64,000 nucleotides of DNA, taken from an uncultured bacterium (GTDB lineage: Bacteria > T1Sed10-126). The notes under the pieces were generated by a model that was not told the DNA's origin, made no database searches, and saw only the letters and a list, made by a program, of their open reading frames with translations. The stretch lies in contig CAZVWJ010000002.1 of NCBI GenBank assembly GCA_964631325.1, forward strand, positions 5,848-69,847, written 5' to 3'. The position numbers were made by a program, and so were the translations under genes. Shown piece by piece: positions 27,881-37,804 of this stretch (position 1 is its first letter; each line of letters opens with the position of its first letter).

Positions 27881-30491
27881 TTTCAGTTCTCCCGACCTCT
27901 ATTTCTTTCTCAAAATACTCACGGAGTTTATCCTTACTCTCAATGTCCGCGTCCAATTGATAAGCGTAAATTTCTTCAATTATGTTCCCCATTTCAGGAC
28001 CGGGTTCCACGCCCCATTCTTTCAAATCAACTCCGGATACCAGGGGGGAGGCAGAACGAATACTTTGCCGGTAATGTTTGATTTTTCTACGGACTGATTC
28101 CTCTGTAGCAATTTGCAAGGCCAGTAAAACTTCTACACTGTCAATAAAATCGAGTAAATTATTTAGCTCTGAGTCTAAATTTACAGCAGCTATTTCAGAA
28201 GCCAATTCCACTCCCCGTTTAAATTGATTAATTATATCTTCTCGCCGTTGACTAAACATTAATCTTTTTGCAAAATAAGCAGACTTTTCCTGTGATAACG
28301 GGTAAGTCAACAAGCAATAATAAATGGCAACTTTATCTTCAACCGTTTTATTTTTTAATAATCGGGGAACTTCGCCAAACCATTTTCCCATGGAATCAAC
28401 TGGTTTTAATTCTTTTACAAGGGACTGAAGTACCCCGAAGTCAAACAATTTTTTTACCACCTTCCAGGGGTTTGGTTCGGCAAAAACTTGACCCAGCTCA
28501 TCCTGGAGCCGATCACCACTTACCGCTCCAAACGGATTTCCCTTCAGGGCCTGCTCCAGTTGGAATTTAGTGTTGGACTCCAGTTCAAAATCAAACCTGG
28601 TAGCAAAACGAATTGCCCTGAAAATCCGAGTGGGATCATCGAGAAAACTCATCCTGTCGTGAACCCTGATCTCCCCTTTTTCCAGGTCCTGACGGCCACT
28701 GTAAAGATCAAGCAAATCGCCAAAATTGCCGGGTGAGAGATCAATTGCCATGCTGTTTATAGTAAAATCACGGCGGCGTAAATCCTGATAGATTGACGCC
28801 TGCTCCACGTTTACCCTGGGAAGAGCTGCGGGATGGGAATAAAACTCCGAACGTGCCGTTGCCACATCTATGACCAGTCCTTCCGCCAGTTTAAAACTGG
28901 CGGTCCTGAATTTTTCGTGTTCAGTTAATTTTGCCCCCTCTCTGTCCGCAATCTCCCGAGCAAACTCAAGCGCATCCTCCCTTACAACAAAATCAAAATC
29001 CCGGGTGGATTCTTCCGTTAAAATATCTCTCACACTCCCTCCTACCAGGTAAAGCCTGTCCCCGAGTTCTTCACATATATTTCCCCATTTTCTTAACCGG
29101 TTAAGCTGTTTTTTACTCAACACCTGCCGGAGTAGAGGCTTAACATTATCAGTCTCTATGTCTCGAGAATAAGCCGGAGCAATTTCCTTTACCTGGCCGG
29201 GCCTGTATCGCTCGTGCAAAACCCTGATTAAATCGGTGCGGGTAACTATGCCGACCAGTTTAGAATCATCGGTTACGGGTAAGCGCCCAATCTGATTCTC
29301 CATCATACAATTTTGAATCTGCTGAAGTCCGGTGTCCAACGAGATTGTCACCACGTCGGGAATCATAAATCCTTTAACCGGAGCATGAGTTAAATCGTGT
29401 TCAACTGCTTTATCCACGTCGGAACGTGTGATTATTCCCTTGAGGTTATCCTCAGCGTCAGTGATAGGAAGACCATGATGACCAAGCTCCAACATTATTT
29501 TCTGGGCTTTTTTCACTGATAAATCGGACCGAATAGAGTGGACAGGGGTGCTCATTATCTGGCGGGCGGTTAATTCAGGTTTCAACTGTGAGCACAGCAG
29601 TTCCACGAGTGATTCCCGGGCTTCGGAGATAGTAACACCGGAAAGAGTAGCAGAAGCGGCCCGCTGATGGCCACCACCCCCAAATTGCCGGGCCAGAACC
29701 CCCGCATCCACGTGGCGGTAGCGATTTCGTATCACCACCTGAACTTTTTTATTCATCCGGACCAATAAACAGAGTAAGTTCGTATTTTCTGTATCCCGGA
29801 GCTTATGAGCCAGCAAAGCAACTTCCGGAATGTATTTATCCCTTTCTGCAGTTGCTATCGTAACCGGCACGTTGTTAAGAGTCAAATTTTCACTGCGTTT
29901 TAACAGTTCGTTGAATAAATCAAGCTGCTGATCGGTAAGTTGACGATGGCAAAAATTCTGGACTAAATCCAGGTCAGCACCACTTTTTAATAAAAATTTG
30001 CCGATATCGTAATCCAGAGGCGCAGTGGTCCCAAATTGCAGCCCCCCGGTTTCCTGATGTAAACCAAGCATAAATAAAGTTGCTTCAAAAGGAGTGACAT
30101 TCAACGAAGCCCCACGGAGACGATCTACCAGGAGGGTAATCAGGGCACCGGCTTCCCCGAACAACCGTTCGTCAGTCTCAATATCCCCCTGGGAAAGCGG
30201 ATGATGATCATAGAGGATAATTTCATCCGCTCGTTCAACAGCCTCCCGGTAAGGACCAAGTCGTCCAGTCTTATTAGTATCCACCACAATTACTTTTCCC
30301 AGCGACGGTTGACGGTATTCAGAGTAGCGAAAAAAAGAAAAATGATCCCGATAAAGGTTTAAGAACTCTAACACTCCCCCCTCAGCCGTGGGCTGAAGAT
30401 ATATCTTTGCTTCAGGATGAAGTTTTTTAGCAGCGACCATTGAAGCGAGACAATCAAAATCAAGATTTTGATGACCCAGGATTATATTCAT
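27870..30491 (-). CDS. Multidomain DHH-DHHA1 phosphoesterase / tandem CBS / tRNA nucleotidyltransferase (CCA-adding or poly(A) polymerase family) fusion protein
   Basis: 873 aa. DHH (HQNLDFDCLASMVAA...VVDTN), DHHA1 (GGGHQRAAS), two CBS motifs and a PolyA_pol head domain (LYLVGGSVRDILTEESTRDFDFVV...RRDFTINSMA) followed by the RNA-binding body. Confidence 0.75.
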   Translation of the reverse strand: MNIILGHQNLDFDCLASMVAAKKLHPEAKIYLQPTAEGGVLEFLNLYRDHFSFFRYSEYRQPSLGKVIVVDTNKTGRLGPYREAVERADEIILYDHHPLSQGDIETDERLFGEAGALITLLVDRLRGASLNVTPFEATLFMLGLHQETGGLQFGTTAPLDYDIGKFLLKSGADLDLVQNFCHRQLTDQQLDLFNELLKRSENLTLNNVPVTIATAERDKYIPEVALLAHKLRDTENTNLLCLLVRMNKKVQVVIRNRYRHVDAGVLARQFGGGGHQRAASATLSGVTISEARESLVELLCSQLKPELTARQIMSTPVHSIRSDLSVKKAQKIMLELGHHGLPITDAEDNLKGIITRSDVDKAVEHDLTHAPVKGFMIPDVVTISLDTGLQQIQNCMMENQIGRLPVTDDSKLVGIVTRTDLIRVLHERYRPGQVKEIAPAYSRDIETDNVKPLLRQVLSKKQLNRLRKWGNICEELGDRLYLVGGSVRDILTEESTRDFDFVVREDALEFAREIADREGAKLTEHEKFRTASFKLAEGLVIDVATARSEFYSHPAALPRVNVEQASIYQDLRRRDFTINSMAIDLSPGNFGDLLDLYSGRQDLEKGEIRVHDRMSFLDDPTRIFRAIRFATRFDFELESNTKFQLEQALKGNPFGAVSGDRLQDELGQVFAEPNPWKVVKKLFDFGVLQSLVKELKPVDSMGKWFGEVPRLLKNKTVEDKVAIYYCLLTYPLSQEKSAYFAKRLMFSQRREDIINQFKRGVELASEIAAVNLDSELNNLLDFIDSVEVLLALQIATEESVRRKIKHYRQSIRSASPLVSGVDLKEWGVEPGPEMGNIIEEIYAYQLDADIESKDKLREYFEKEIEVGRTENGT

Positions 30492-30496
30492 CGTTA

Positions 30497-31414
30497 TTAC
30501 TGATTTTCCTCGGAAAGTAACTCAAAACGGCCGTCAACCCGGTCTATTTTCTCTCGCGGAACGGGTTTTCGGGTCTCTATGACACGTTTGAACCCGCGGA
30601 GGGCATCAACCAGAGCCTGAATAAAATATATAATCTTTTTGCGTTTTTGAAGTGCTTTCCATAATTGCTTAAAGAAAAACGAAAAACTCTTCTTAAAGGC
30701 AGTCCAGAGAGCAAAATTACGCCAAAAATACCAGAAAGTATTTCGGGTTTTGAAATAAAATTTCCGGCCTAATTCTTTTTTGCGGCCCGAACCCTCGTGA
30801 ATGATTGAAATCAACGGGAAATATCTGATTTCCACTCCACTGGCCAATATCCGGGTGGCAAAATCACGTTCCTCCATGTAGGCAAAATAGGGTTCCCAAA
30901 ATCCTCCGGTCCGTTCAAACATTTCAGGACGAATAGCCGCTGCACACGCGGGAAAAGTCGGACTTAAATATCCTTCGCGTTCATTACCTATCTTCTGCCA
31001 GTGAAACCAATCTTCCTGTTCGCCCTCCTCGTCAATCAAACGAAATCCCGCCGCCCCTAAATCTGAATTATCCCGGAAGTTTTCGACAATTCGACTCAGT
31101 GTATTTGACCGGGGCAACCTGGTATCATCAGCCAGGATGATAAGTAATTCTCCTTCCGCCTTTTCAGCCCCTACATTACGCCCACCTCCACCCCTGTTCT
31201 CGGACAATCCCACGTATTTGACTTCTGAAAAATCTTCCCTGAGCATTGTGGCAGTTCCATCTATGCTATCATTGTCAACCACAACTATTTCTACCCCGGG
31301 AAAGTCCTGTACTAAAATAGAGTGAAGACACCGGCGCAACTTTTCCTGCCGGTTAAGAGTTAAAACCAAAATGGAAACAAGTTGAATCTCCTGCTCACCG
31401 ACGCCGGTAGGCAT
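30497..31414 (-). CDS. Glycosyltransferase family 2
   Basis: VSILVLTLNRQEKLRRCLHSILVQDFPGVEIVVVDNDSIDGT GT-A N-terminus with DxD. 305 aa. Confidence 0.8.
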   Translation of the reverse strand: MPTGVGEQEIQLVSILVLTLNRQEKLRRCLHSILVQDFPGVEIVVVDNDSIDGTATMLREDFSEVKYVGLSENRGGGGRNVGAEKAEGELLIILADDTRLPRSNTLSRIVENFRDNSDLGAAGFRLIDEEGEQEDWFHWQKIGNEREGYLSPTFPACAAAIRPEMFERTGGFWEPYFAYMEERDFATRILASGVEIRYFPLISIIHEGSGRKKELGRKFYFKTRNTFWYFWRNFALWTAFKKSFSFFFKQLWKALQKRKKIIYFIQALVDALRGFKRVIETRKPVPREKIDRVDGRFELLSEENQ

Positions 31415-33308
31415 AATCTACACCAGCTCTCCTGTAAAAAAGATAGTGAAATCTTCGGCGAATTTTCGGTCCGAAAAATATAAATCTGGAAAATTGCTCT
31501 CGGATTTTTCTTTTATTTTTTTCCTGGTCGAGCAGAGCATAACAAAGATACTTGCGGGCTATCAACATCCGCCGGGCTTTTCCGGTAAGAATCGGGTAAT
31601 TTTCAAGTAATTCTATCTGTTTTAAAGCCTCTCGATATCTCTTTCTTTTCAAGGACCTATCAACAAACGGTATATACCAGCGGACTGATCTCGGATGAAC
31701 TCTTAACTTCTGAAAATTAACTTTAGTTTGCAAAAAATCCGGCGAACGCAGTAAAGAATCTAAAAAATTGCCCCCCATCCGGCTATTTTGCCGCTCATCC
31801 AGGGGCAATTTTTGTAGATTTCTGGGATCACGCCGACGAGCTCTTCCATAGTAGACCCGAGCCCCCCGGGTATTACCGGATTTTTCCAGATAATAGCCAC
31901 ACAAAAAAGGATAAAATGCATCGTATTCATTTACCACTGCTGCCTTTCTAAGCAGTTTTAAACCCTTTTTTCTGTTCCCGATTTTCCAGTGGGCCATTCC
32001 CCTGTGCGCCGGAACAAAACCACTTTGCTTAAAAAAACTGCCCACCTTCCACTTTTTTTGGGCCCTTTGCCACTTTTCGTTCCGGGCCAGTTTGAGGCCA
32101 GCCTTATAATGAAGATCCAGACGGAGGGCAGCGAGACTGCCCCCGACGAGGCCAAGCGAAATCAGGACAATTAATCCACGGCCAAGGTTCTGACTGGAAA
32201 TTAACTTTACTTTCTTCCTGAACCCCCGAAGCGCCAGTGGAAGGAAAAGAACGGTTATTAATAAAATACCGGGGAGCCAGAACATTGTATCAACCATTTC
32301 ATGGACAAATAAATAGACAAGAACCGGTAAATACCTGAATGTCGCATAAGAACGGTATAAGAACCAGAAACCGATACCAACTGCCAAGAAACCAACCGTT
32401 CCAAACGATACAAAAATCCAGAGAAATAAATTGTGGGGATGTCGTTGCCACCGTTCATCCCCCGTGATTTGAGGATAAACTAACGCAAAATTCCAGGCCC
32501 CAATTCCTGTAACCGGGGCCTTTCTAAGTGCTTGAAAAGTTTCGCCAACTAACTTTATTCGCTGAAGGTTTGTAACATACGAAATATTCCCAACAAGAAC
32601 TACAAGTAACAGCAAAATCACCAACAATAAAAACAGACGCCGCCAGAAATTAGCCAGAAAAAAATAACGATGGTGAAATATAAACGCCAGAGACAGGCCC
32701 AATATAGCTCCCCGAGAACCGGTAAAACAGGCTAACAACATAAGGGTGATCCCCAGTCCTCTGAATACTGCCGGTCGACTGGTAAAATAAAAAAACAGGC
32801 CCGCCAGAGCCAGAAAACGGGAAAATACGTTGGGATTAAGAAAATTTCCGGCAGGAAAATGAAAAAATCCTGCCCAGGAAAAATAATTTACCTGCTGAAA
32901 ATATTGATAAATTATAGTAGGTAAAATAAAAATAAGACCGGCTAGAAAAAACAGGCTTAAATACTGACGCAAATCAGAACGGTTAAGCTGATTAACAATC
33001 AAAAACAAGACCCCTGAAGCAGTCAAATAAAGCGTGGCTTCAAAGCTATTCCAAAAATATCCGCTCGAAGTAGCTGAAACAAAAGAAAGACAGGAAAACA
33101 ATCCCAATAAAACTGCGAACTCAGCGTTAACTCGGTCAGCAAGCAGAGCAAACAACAAGCCAAAAATTCCAATCCCAAGCGAAAAGTAAAGATAAAATGA
33201 GGGTGACAACAGCAAAGGGGACTGAAGAAAAAGCACCAATAACCAGACTAACAGAAGAATCGCAACTATCCGGTCCCGCCGATTCATAAGACTATCCACT
33301 ATCTGCAT
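31395..33308 (-). CDS. O-antigen ligase/polymerase-like (Wzy_C) polytopic membrane protein with C-terminal TPR-like domain
   Basis: 637 aa, at least 10 TM helices, Wzy_C-type loop (FTGSRGAILGLSLAFIFHH), and a C-terminal soluble repeat region. Confidence 0.65.
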   Translation of the reverse strand: MQIVDSLMNRRDRIVAILLLVWLLVLFLQSPLLLSPSFYLYFSLGIGIFGLLFALLADRVNAEFAVLLGLFSCLSFVSATSSGYFWNSFEATLYLTASGVLFLIVNQLNRSDLRQYLSLFFLAGLIFILPTIIYQYFQQVNYFSWAGFFHFPAGNFLNPNVFSRFLALAGLFFYFTSRPAVFRGLGITLMLLACFTGSRGAILGLSLAFIFHHRYFFLANFWRRLFLLLVILLLLVVLVGNISYVTNLQRIKLVGETFQALRKAPVTGIGAWNFALVYPQITGDERWQRHPHNLFLWIFVSFGTVGFLAVGIGFWFLYRSYATFRYLPVLVYLFVHEMVDTMFWLPGILLITVLFLPLALRGFRKKVKLISSQNLGRGLIVLISLGLVGGSLAALRLDLHYKAGLKLARNEKWQRAQKKWKVGSFFKQSGFVPAHRGMAHWKIGNRKKGLKLLRKAAVVNEYDAFYPFLCGYYLEKSGNTRGARVYYGRARRRDPRNLQKLPLDERQNSRMGGNFLDSLLRSPDFLQTKVNFQKLRVHPRSVRWYIPFVDRSLKRKRYREALKQIELLENYPILTGKARRMLIARKYLCYALLDQEKNKRKIREQFSRFIFFGPKIRRRFHYLFYRRAGVDYAYRRR

Positions 33309-33769
33309 AGTAACTCTCCACTGAACAATATTACTACCAATTGAAGGACAAATATTTTAACAGTAACCGGAGGGGGAACCAACAATCCCCGGGATAATAA
33401 CACAATTTCCGGACATAACATTTCTATGACTCGCTCCGAAAAAATTCCTTTTCAATGGTATAAAGTCCGGAGAGAAGATAAGAGTACACCGTTTCTCGTC
33501 GGACCGGAGCAATCCCGGGGCTAAAGGCCTGATTTAATCCACAACCGAAAAAAACCGCTTGATATCATGAAGTAATTTTTACCCGGTTAAAATTTTTCTG
33601 CGTAATAATTACCCATTACTACCTATTTAATCTTCTTTTTTCTCAACTTTTGGTCTTATATTACTCCATTTGCTCCTTTTTGGATTTTTTCGCGACGGGA
33701 ATAAAACTTGCTCTATAATGTGGTGAGTATTTACAATCATCTTACATTACAGGAAAGGGCTTTTTAATT

Positions 33770-34000
33770 ATGGGATCCAAGGTTGAAGGAGTTCAAAAAA
33801 GAGTCCCACGGTTGGAACCGGGAGCTGTTCTCGCCAAACCGGTTTACAGTCCCAAAGGGTCACGGCTCTTTGATGAAAAAAAGGAGCTAACGGAGAGCGA
33901 TATTTCCCGGCTTAAAAAATGGGATATTCGCTATGTCTATATCTGCCCCGAAAAAGAACCGGAAACTTCTGACCAGACTGCCCACCCCCAGGCTTCATAA
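33770..34000 (+). CDS. Small hypothetical protein (76 aa), solitary plus-strand gene
   Basis: ORF with a GGAAAGGG RBS-like sequence about 10 nt upstream and a TATAAT box at 33715-33720. No recognisable domain. Confidence 0.3.
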   Translation: MGSKVEGVQKRVPRLEPGAVLAKPVYSPKGSRLFDEKKELTESDISRLKKWDIRYVYICPEKEPETSDQTAHPQAS

Positions 34001-34010
34001 ACTATTCCGC

Positions 34011-35354
34011 TTATCCTAAATTAGTAATGAGTTCAGTCTGTTTTTGAGCCTGATCTATCAATTTGGTGGCTTTCCGAGATAATTCTTCCGCAGACAATTC
34101 TCGTTCTGCTATTCCCTGTTCCATCGCCTTTTTTCCAACTGCTACAGCCGTATTTATAAACACTTCCTTTTCATCCATGGTCGGAATTAATTTATCTTCT
34201 TCAAGCCCTGCTGATTCCGCAGTTTCCGCAATTGACTGGCCGGCAGCAATCGCCATCTCATCAGTAATCGTTGAGGCACCAACGTCCAGGGCACCCCGGA
34301 AAATGCCCGGGAACCCGAGAGAATTATTAATTTGATTTGGAAAATCAGACCGCCCGGTTCCCACGATTCGGGCTCCGGCTTCTTTTGCCTCCCAGGGCCA
34401 AATTTCCGGCAGAGGATTAGCGACTGCAAAAACTACCGGATCTTCATTCATTTCCGTTATCCACTTCCCTTTTATGGTTCCCGGAACCGGGCGCGAAGCG
34501 GCAACCAGCACATCAGTTCCCCTGATTGCTTCCTCCAGCTTCCCCGTTCGATTAGCCCGATTAGTTTTCCGGGCCAGCTCCCACTTGTAGGGGTTAACTG
34601 CTCGATTTTCCCGCAAATCATTCCGTTCCCGGTGCAAAATTCCGGTACTGTCCGCCACGTAAAATTTACCGGGGTCGGCCCCGGCCACTTCCAGGATACG
34701 ACAGAGGGCAATATTAGCTGCACCTGCTCCAACAATACTGAACTTTACCTCGGAAAGTTCTTTTTCGACTATTTTAAGACTGTTTATTATCCCGGCCAGC
34801 TCCACCGCGGCAGTCCCCTGCTGGTCGTCATGCCAGACTGGAATATCAAGTTCTGAACGGAGCTGTTCAAGGATGTGAAAACACTTTGGAGTCGCAATAT
34901 CTTCCAGGTTAATACCCCCAAAAGCCGGGGCCAGCCGTTTAACAGTAGTAATAATTTCCTCCGGATCTGTGGTATCCACGGGGAGAGGAAATGCGCTGAC
35001 TCCACCGAGATGCTTGAACAACATAGCCTTCCCCTCCATCACTGGCAGACTTGCCTCCGGCCCAATATCTCCCAACCCGAGTACCCGACTGCCATCCGTA
35101 ACAATCGCCACGTTGTTCCACTTGTTGGTATATTCAAAAACTCGCCGGGGCTGGTCCGCTATTTCCCGGCAGGGAGCCGCTACGCCCGGAGTATACCAGA
35201 CACTAAAATCATCCAGCTCCCGGATGGGAGCCTTAACACTGCCCTCGTATTTCCCCCGAAACTTCTGGTGCCACTCGCAGGCCTTTTGCTCCGGCTCACG
35301 GGCTTTTTCCAGGTATTCTTCTTCACCTGGTTTATTCTCCTCTTCCATCGTCAA
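34011..35354 (-). CDS. NAD(P)-dependent malic enzyme (short form)
   Basis: 447 aa. YTPGVAAPC, the NAD-binding GAGAANIALCRIL and malic-enzyme N- and C-domains. Confidence 0.85.
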   Translation of the reverse strand: MTMEEENKPGEEEYLEKAREPEQKACEWHQKFRGKYEGSVKAPIRELDDFSVWYTPGVAAPCREIADQPRRVFEYTNKWNNVAIVTDGSRVLGLGDIGPEASLPVMEGKAMLFKHLGGVSAFPLPVDTTDPEEIITTVKRLAPAFGGINLEDIATPKCFHILEQLRSELDIPVWHDDQQGTAAVELAGIINSLKIVEKELSEVKFSIVGAGAANIALCRILEVAGADPGKFYVADSTGILHRERNDLRENRAVNPYKWELARKTNRANRTGKLEEAIRGTDVLVAASRPVPGTIKGKWITEMNEDPVVFAVANPLPEIWPWEAKEAGARIVGTGRSDFPNQINNSLGFPGIFRGALDVGASTITDEMAIAAGQSIAETAESAGLEEDKLIPTMDEKEVFINTAVAVGKKAMEQGIAERELSAEELSRKATKLIDQAQKQTELITNLG

Positions 35355-35961
35355 AATCCTCTCTATACTGGTTTAATTTGTGCCTGCTTTGTTCATATAT
35401 TTGAGCGTGAAGATTCCGGCCGTGAGAATCCATTGTTACCGTCAGGGGTCCAAACTCCTCCACTTCCAGGAGCCAGACAGCCTCGGCCATCCCCAGCTCT
35501 TCCAGCCAGATACAGTCCCTTACTTTTTCGATTTTACCGGCCGCCAGCGCAGCACAGCCCCCTGTGTACTGGGTGTAGACGGCCCCCACTTTTTCAAGCG
35601 CCTGCAGGGTAGCCCTTCCCATTCCTCCCTTGCCAATAATCACCCGGGGCTGAAACAACTGCAAAAATTCAGGTTCTACCGACTCCAGCCGTTGACTCGT
35701 TGTCGGCCCGGCCGCTAAAATCTTCCATCTTTCTTCCTGTTTTTTGGCCAGGGGACCGCAGTGAAAAAGCCCCTGTCCTTCTGGGGAAAACGGTAAGCCC
35801 CGGTGGTTTTTTGCCAGTTCAATCATTTTTTGATGAGCCGCATCCCGGGCCGTAAAAAGGTGCCCATTTAACCATATTCTATCCCCGCAGTTTAACCCCC
35901 GAACTTTCTCTTCGGTTAGCGGAGTATTCAGTATTTTTTTCTCCATTACTCCACCCGGCAC
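35332..35961 (-). CDS. Fe-S hydro-lyase beta subunit (class I fumarate hydratase / tartrate dehydratase beta)
   Basis: 209 aa, swivelling beta/beta/alpha domain, paired with the alpha subunit upstream. Confidence 0.75.
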   Translation of the reverse strand: MPGGVMEKKILNTPLTEEKVRGLNCGDRIWLNGHLFTARDAAHQKMIELAKNHRGLPFSPEGQGLFHCGPLAKKQEERWKILAAGPTTSQRLESVEPEFLQLFQPRVIIGKGGMGRATLQALEKVGAVYTQYTGGCAALAAGKIEKVRDCIWLEELGMAEAVWLLEVEEFGPLTVTMDSHGRNLHAQIYEQSRHKLNQYREDFDDGRGE

Positions 35962-36797
35962 TCTCCATTCCTGTCAATGATCACGGAAGCCCGACGGTGC
36001 GCCCAGCACTGGACTACCAAGCCTACCGGCAGGGAAGCCGGATGACGAACCGCATACTCAACATGCACACCAAGCGCAGTAGGCCGTCCCCCTACTCCCA
36101 TCGGGCCGCCACCAATTTCATTAACCTGTTCCAGGAGCTCCTCTTCTAACTCAGCCACCTCGGGGTTTGAATGCCGGTTACCCAATGGTCTCAACAAAGC
36201 TTCCTTGCCCAATTTCAGAGCGAAATCAGCCCCTCCGCCAATTCCAATCCCCAGGATCACCGGTGGACAGGGCTTCCCCCCCGCTTCAACTACCCGTTCA
36301 AGCACAAAATCCTTTACTCCGTCCAGCCCGGCCGCCGGGGGAAGCATTTTCAGACTGCACATGTTTTCAGCACCGCCCCCTTTTGGTAAAAGCCTGATCC
36401 GGCATTTTCCCCCGGGCACAATATCCCAGTGAATAAAGGGTGAATTTTCTCCCCTGTTATCACCCGGGTTAATTTCAGAAAATGGATCAACAGTATTAGG
36501 CCGCAGTGGTATCTCTTCTGTTGCTTGACCGAGAGCTGAACTAATTGCCGGTTTAATTTGATCCAGGTAAGGAAAATCTGCCCCCGCTTCCACAAAAAAC
36601 GTCTGCATACCGGTATCCTGGCAGAGTGGAATGTTGTTAGCAGACGCAACTTCAACGTTGGTGAGAATAGATTCTAGTTGAGTTTGAGCCGGTCCTTCAG
36701 CTTCCCCGGCTGCTTTTTCCAGCGCTTGAATTACTGAGCCGGGTAATCTTGTTACCGCTTTCTGCATTGCTTTGACTAAAGCTGCTTCTAATTTCAT
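35946..36797 (-). CDS. Fe-S hydro-lyase alpha subunit (class I fumarate hydratase alpha)
   Basis: LCQDTGMQTFFVEAG motif of the Fe-S type fumarase/tartrate dehydratase alpha chain. 283 aa. Confidence 0.8.
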   Translation of the reverse strand: MKLEAALVKAMQKAVTRLPGSVIQALEKAAGEAEGPAQTQLESILTNVEVASANNIPLCQDTGMQTFFVEAGADFPYLDQIKPAISSALGQATEEIPLRPNTVDPFSEINPGDNRGENSPFIHWDIVPGGKCRIRLLPKGGGAENMCSLKMLPPAAGLDGVKDFVLERVVEAGGKPCPPVILGIGIGGGADFALKLGKEALLRPLGNRHSNPEVAELEEELLEQVNEIGGGPMGVGGRPTALGVHVEYAVRHPASLPVGLVVQCWAHRRASVIIDRNGECRVE

Positions 36798-36835
36798 TTT
36801 TACAATCCATCCCTGTCAAAAAATATAAGACCTTA

Positions 36836-37804
36836 TCAAATCCTTTTTTCCTCCACCCCCTCCAGCCAGTGACTGAAATCCCGGTCCAGCAATTCTTCTA
36901 ATGTATTCACTTCAGAGCGCGTAATCTCAAGGAGCTCTTTTTGTAGTTCAAAAGACATGGGAGGACGAGAAAAATAATTAACCATTGCGGGCTCTAATTT
37001 GCGCCAGGCCTCCATACAGGACCTCACCGGCAATACTTCCCGCAACTGCTGTTTTGTCTCCCCGGGAACCCACTGCACCAGCTCCTGCAAAAGGTCACTC
37101 TTTAAACGGCAGTTAGAATTATAACGTTTAAACCGGGTAGAAGGAAACTCGTGTAAGCCTAAAAAGTTTAAAACTCGACGATAAACTGCTGAGACATCTT
37201 CTTTCATCTCTTCCAGAGGAATTATTAAGACGTTCTCCCGACCAAATTCTCGAAAATAACGCTTAATCTGCCGGGCATAACGATATACCTGAGAATATAA
37301 CAAACCGTCGGGGAAATAAGTCCCGGGAGGTAGCCTGTCCCCTTTTGCCCGCTGAGCCTCTAATTCCAGGGCTTGCTTAAAACTTTCAACGTTCTCATTG
37401 CCCGTGTATAAATACTGGCTGTGGAGTGCATACATGGCCTCCGGGATTTTTCGGAGCATAATAATAATTTTAGCTGTCGGCGAAAATTGCTTGATTTCCC
37501 GGGCAGCAGAGTGCGAATATAAATACCAGGTTGAAGCTTCTCCAACCTTTTTATGCCCCGCTGAACCGGCAAAAAAACCGAGATACTCTTTCCGGTTCCG
37601 AGTTTTTAAACGGTGGTTCTCCAAATCCGAACCAAAATACAGGGGCTCTTTTGGAACGGACATATATATATCCGGATGGTTCTGAAGGTAATAATACATG
37701 GAGGTCGTTCCACACTTGGGAGCGCCCACAATAAAAAAGTTAGGCCGTTTTATTTTTTCATTAGGCCCGGTAAAAATATCCGTCATCCGCTCGGTAACCT
37801 GCAT
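36836..37804 (-). CDS. PAPS-dependent sulfotransferase family protein
   Basis: 5'-PSB motif (FFIVGAPKCGTTSMYY) and 3'-PB region (RK...). 322 aa. Confidence 0.7.
   Translation of the reverse strand: MQVTERMTDIFTGPNEKIKRPNFFIVGAPKCGTTSMYYYLQNHPDIYMSVPKEPLYFGSDLENHRLKTRNRKEYLGFFAGSAGHKKVGEASTWYLYSHSAAREIKQFSPTAKIIIMLRKIPEAMYALHSQYLYTGNENVESFKQALELEAQRAKGDRLPPGTYFPDGLLYSQVYRYARQIKRYFREFGRENVLIIPLEEMKEDVSAVYRRVLNFLGLHEFPSTRFKRYNSNCRLKSDLLQELVQWVPGETKQQLREVLPVRSCMEAWRKLEPAMVNYFSRPPMSFELQKELLEITRSEVNTLEELLDRDFSHWLEGVEEKRI

Noticed and set aside
28268-29052. Small plus-strand ORFs inside the DHH-CBS-CCA gene (28268..28570, 28488..28736, 28870..29052)
   Set aside because: Antisense to a long ORF with multiple recognised domains. 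No start or RBS context.
34875-35612. 245-aa and neighbouring plus-strand ORFs (34332..34856, 34969..35376, 35380..35718)
   Set aside because: Antisense to the malic enzyme and fumarase beta-subunit genes. Pro/Arg/Ser-rich and overlapping each other.
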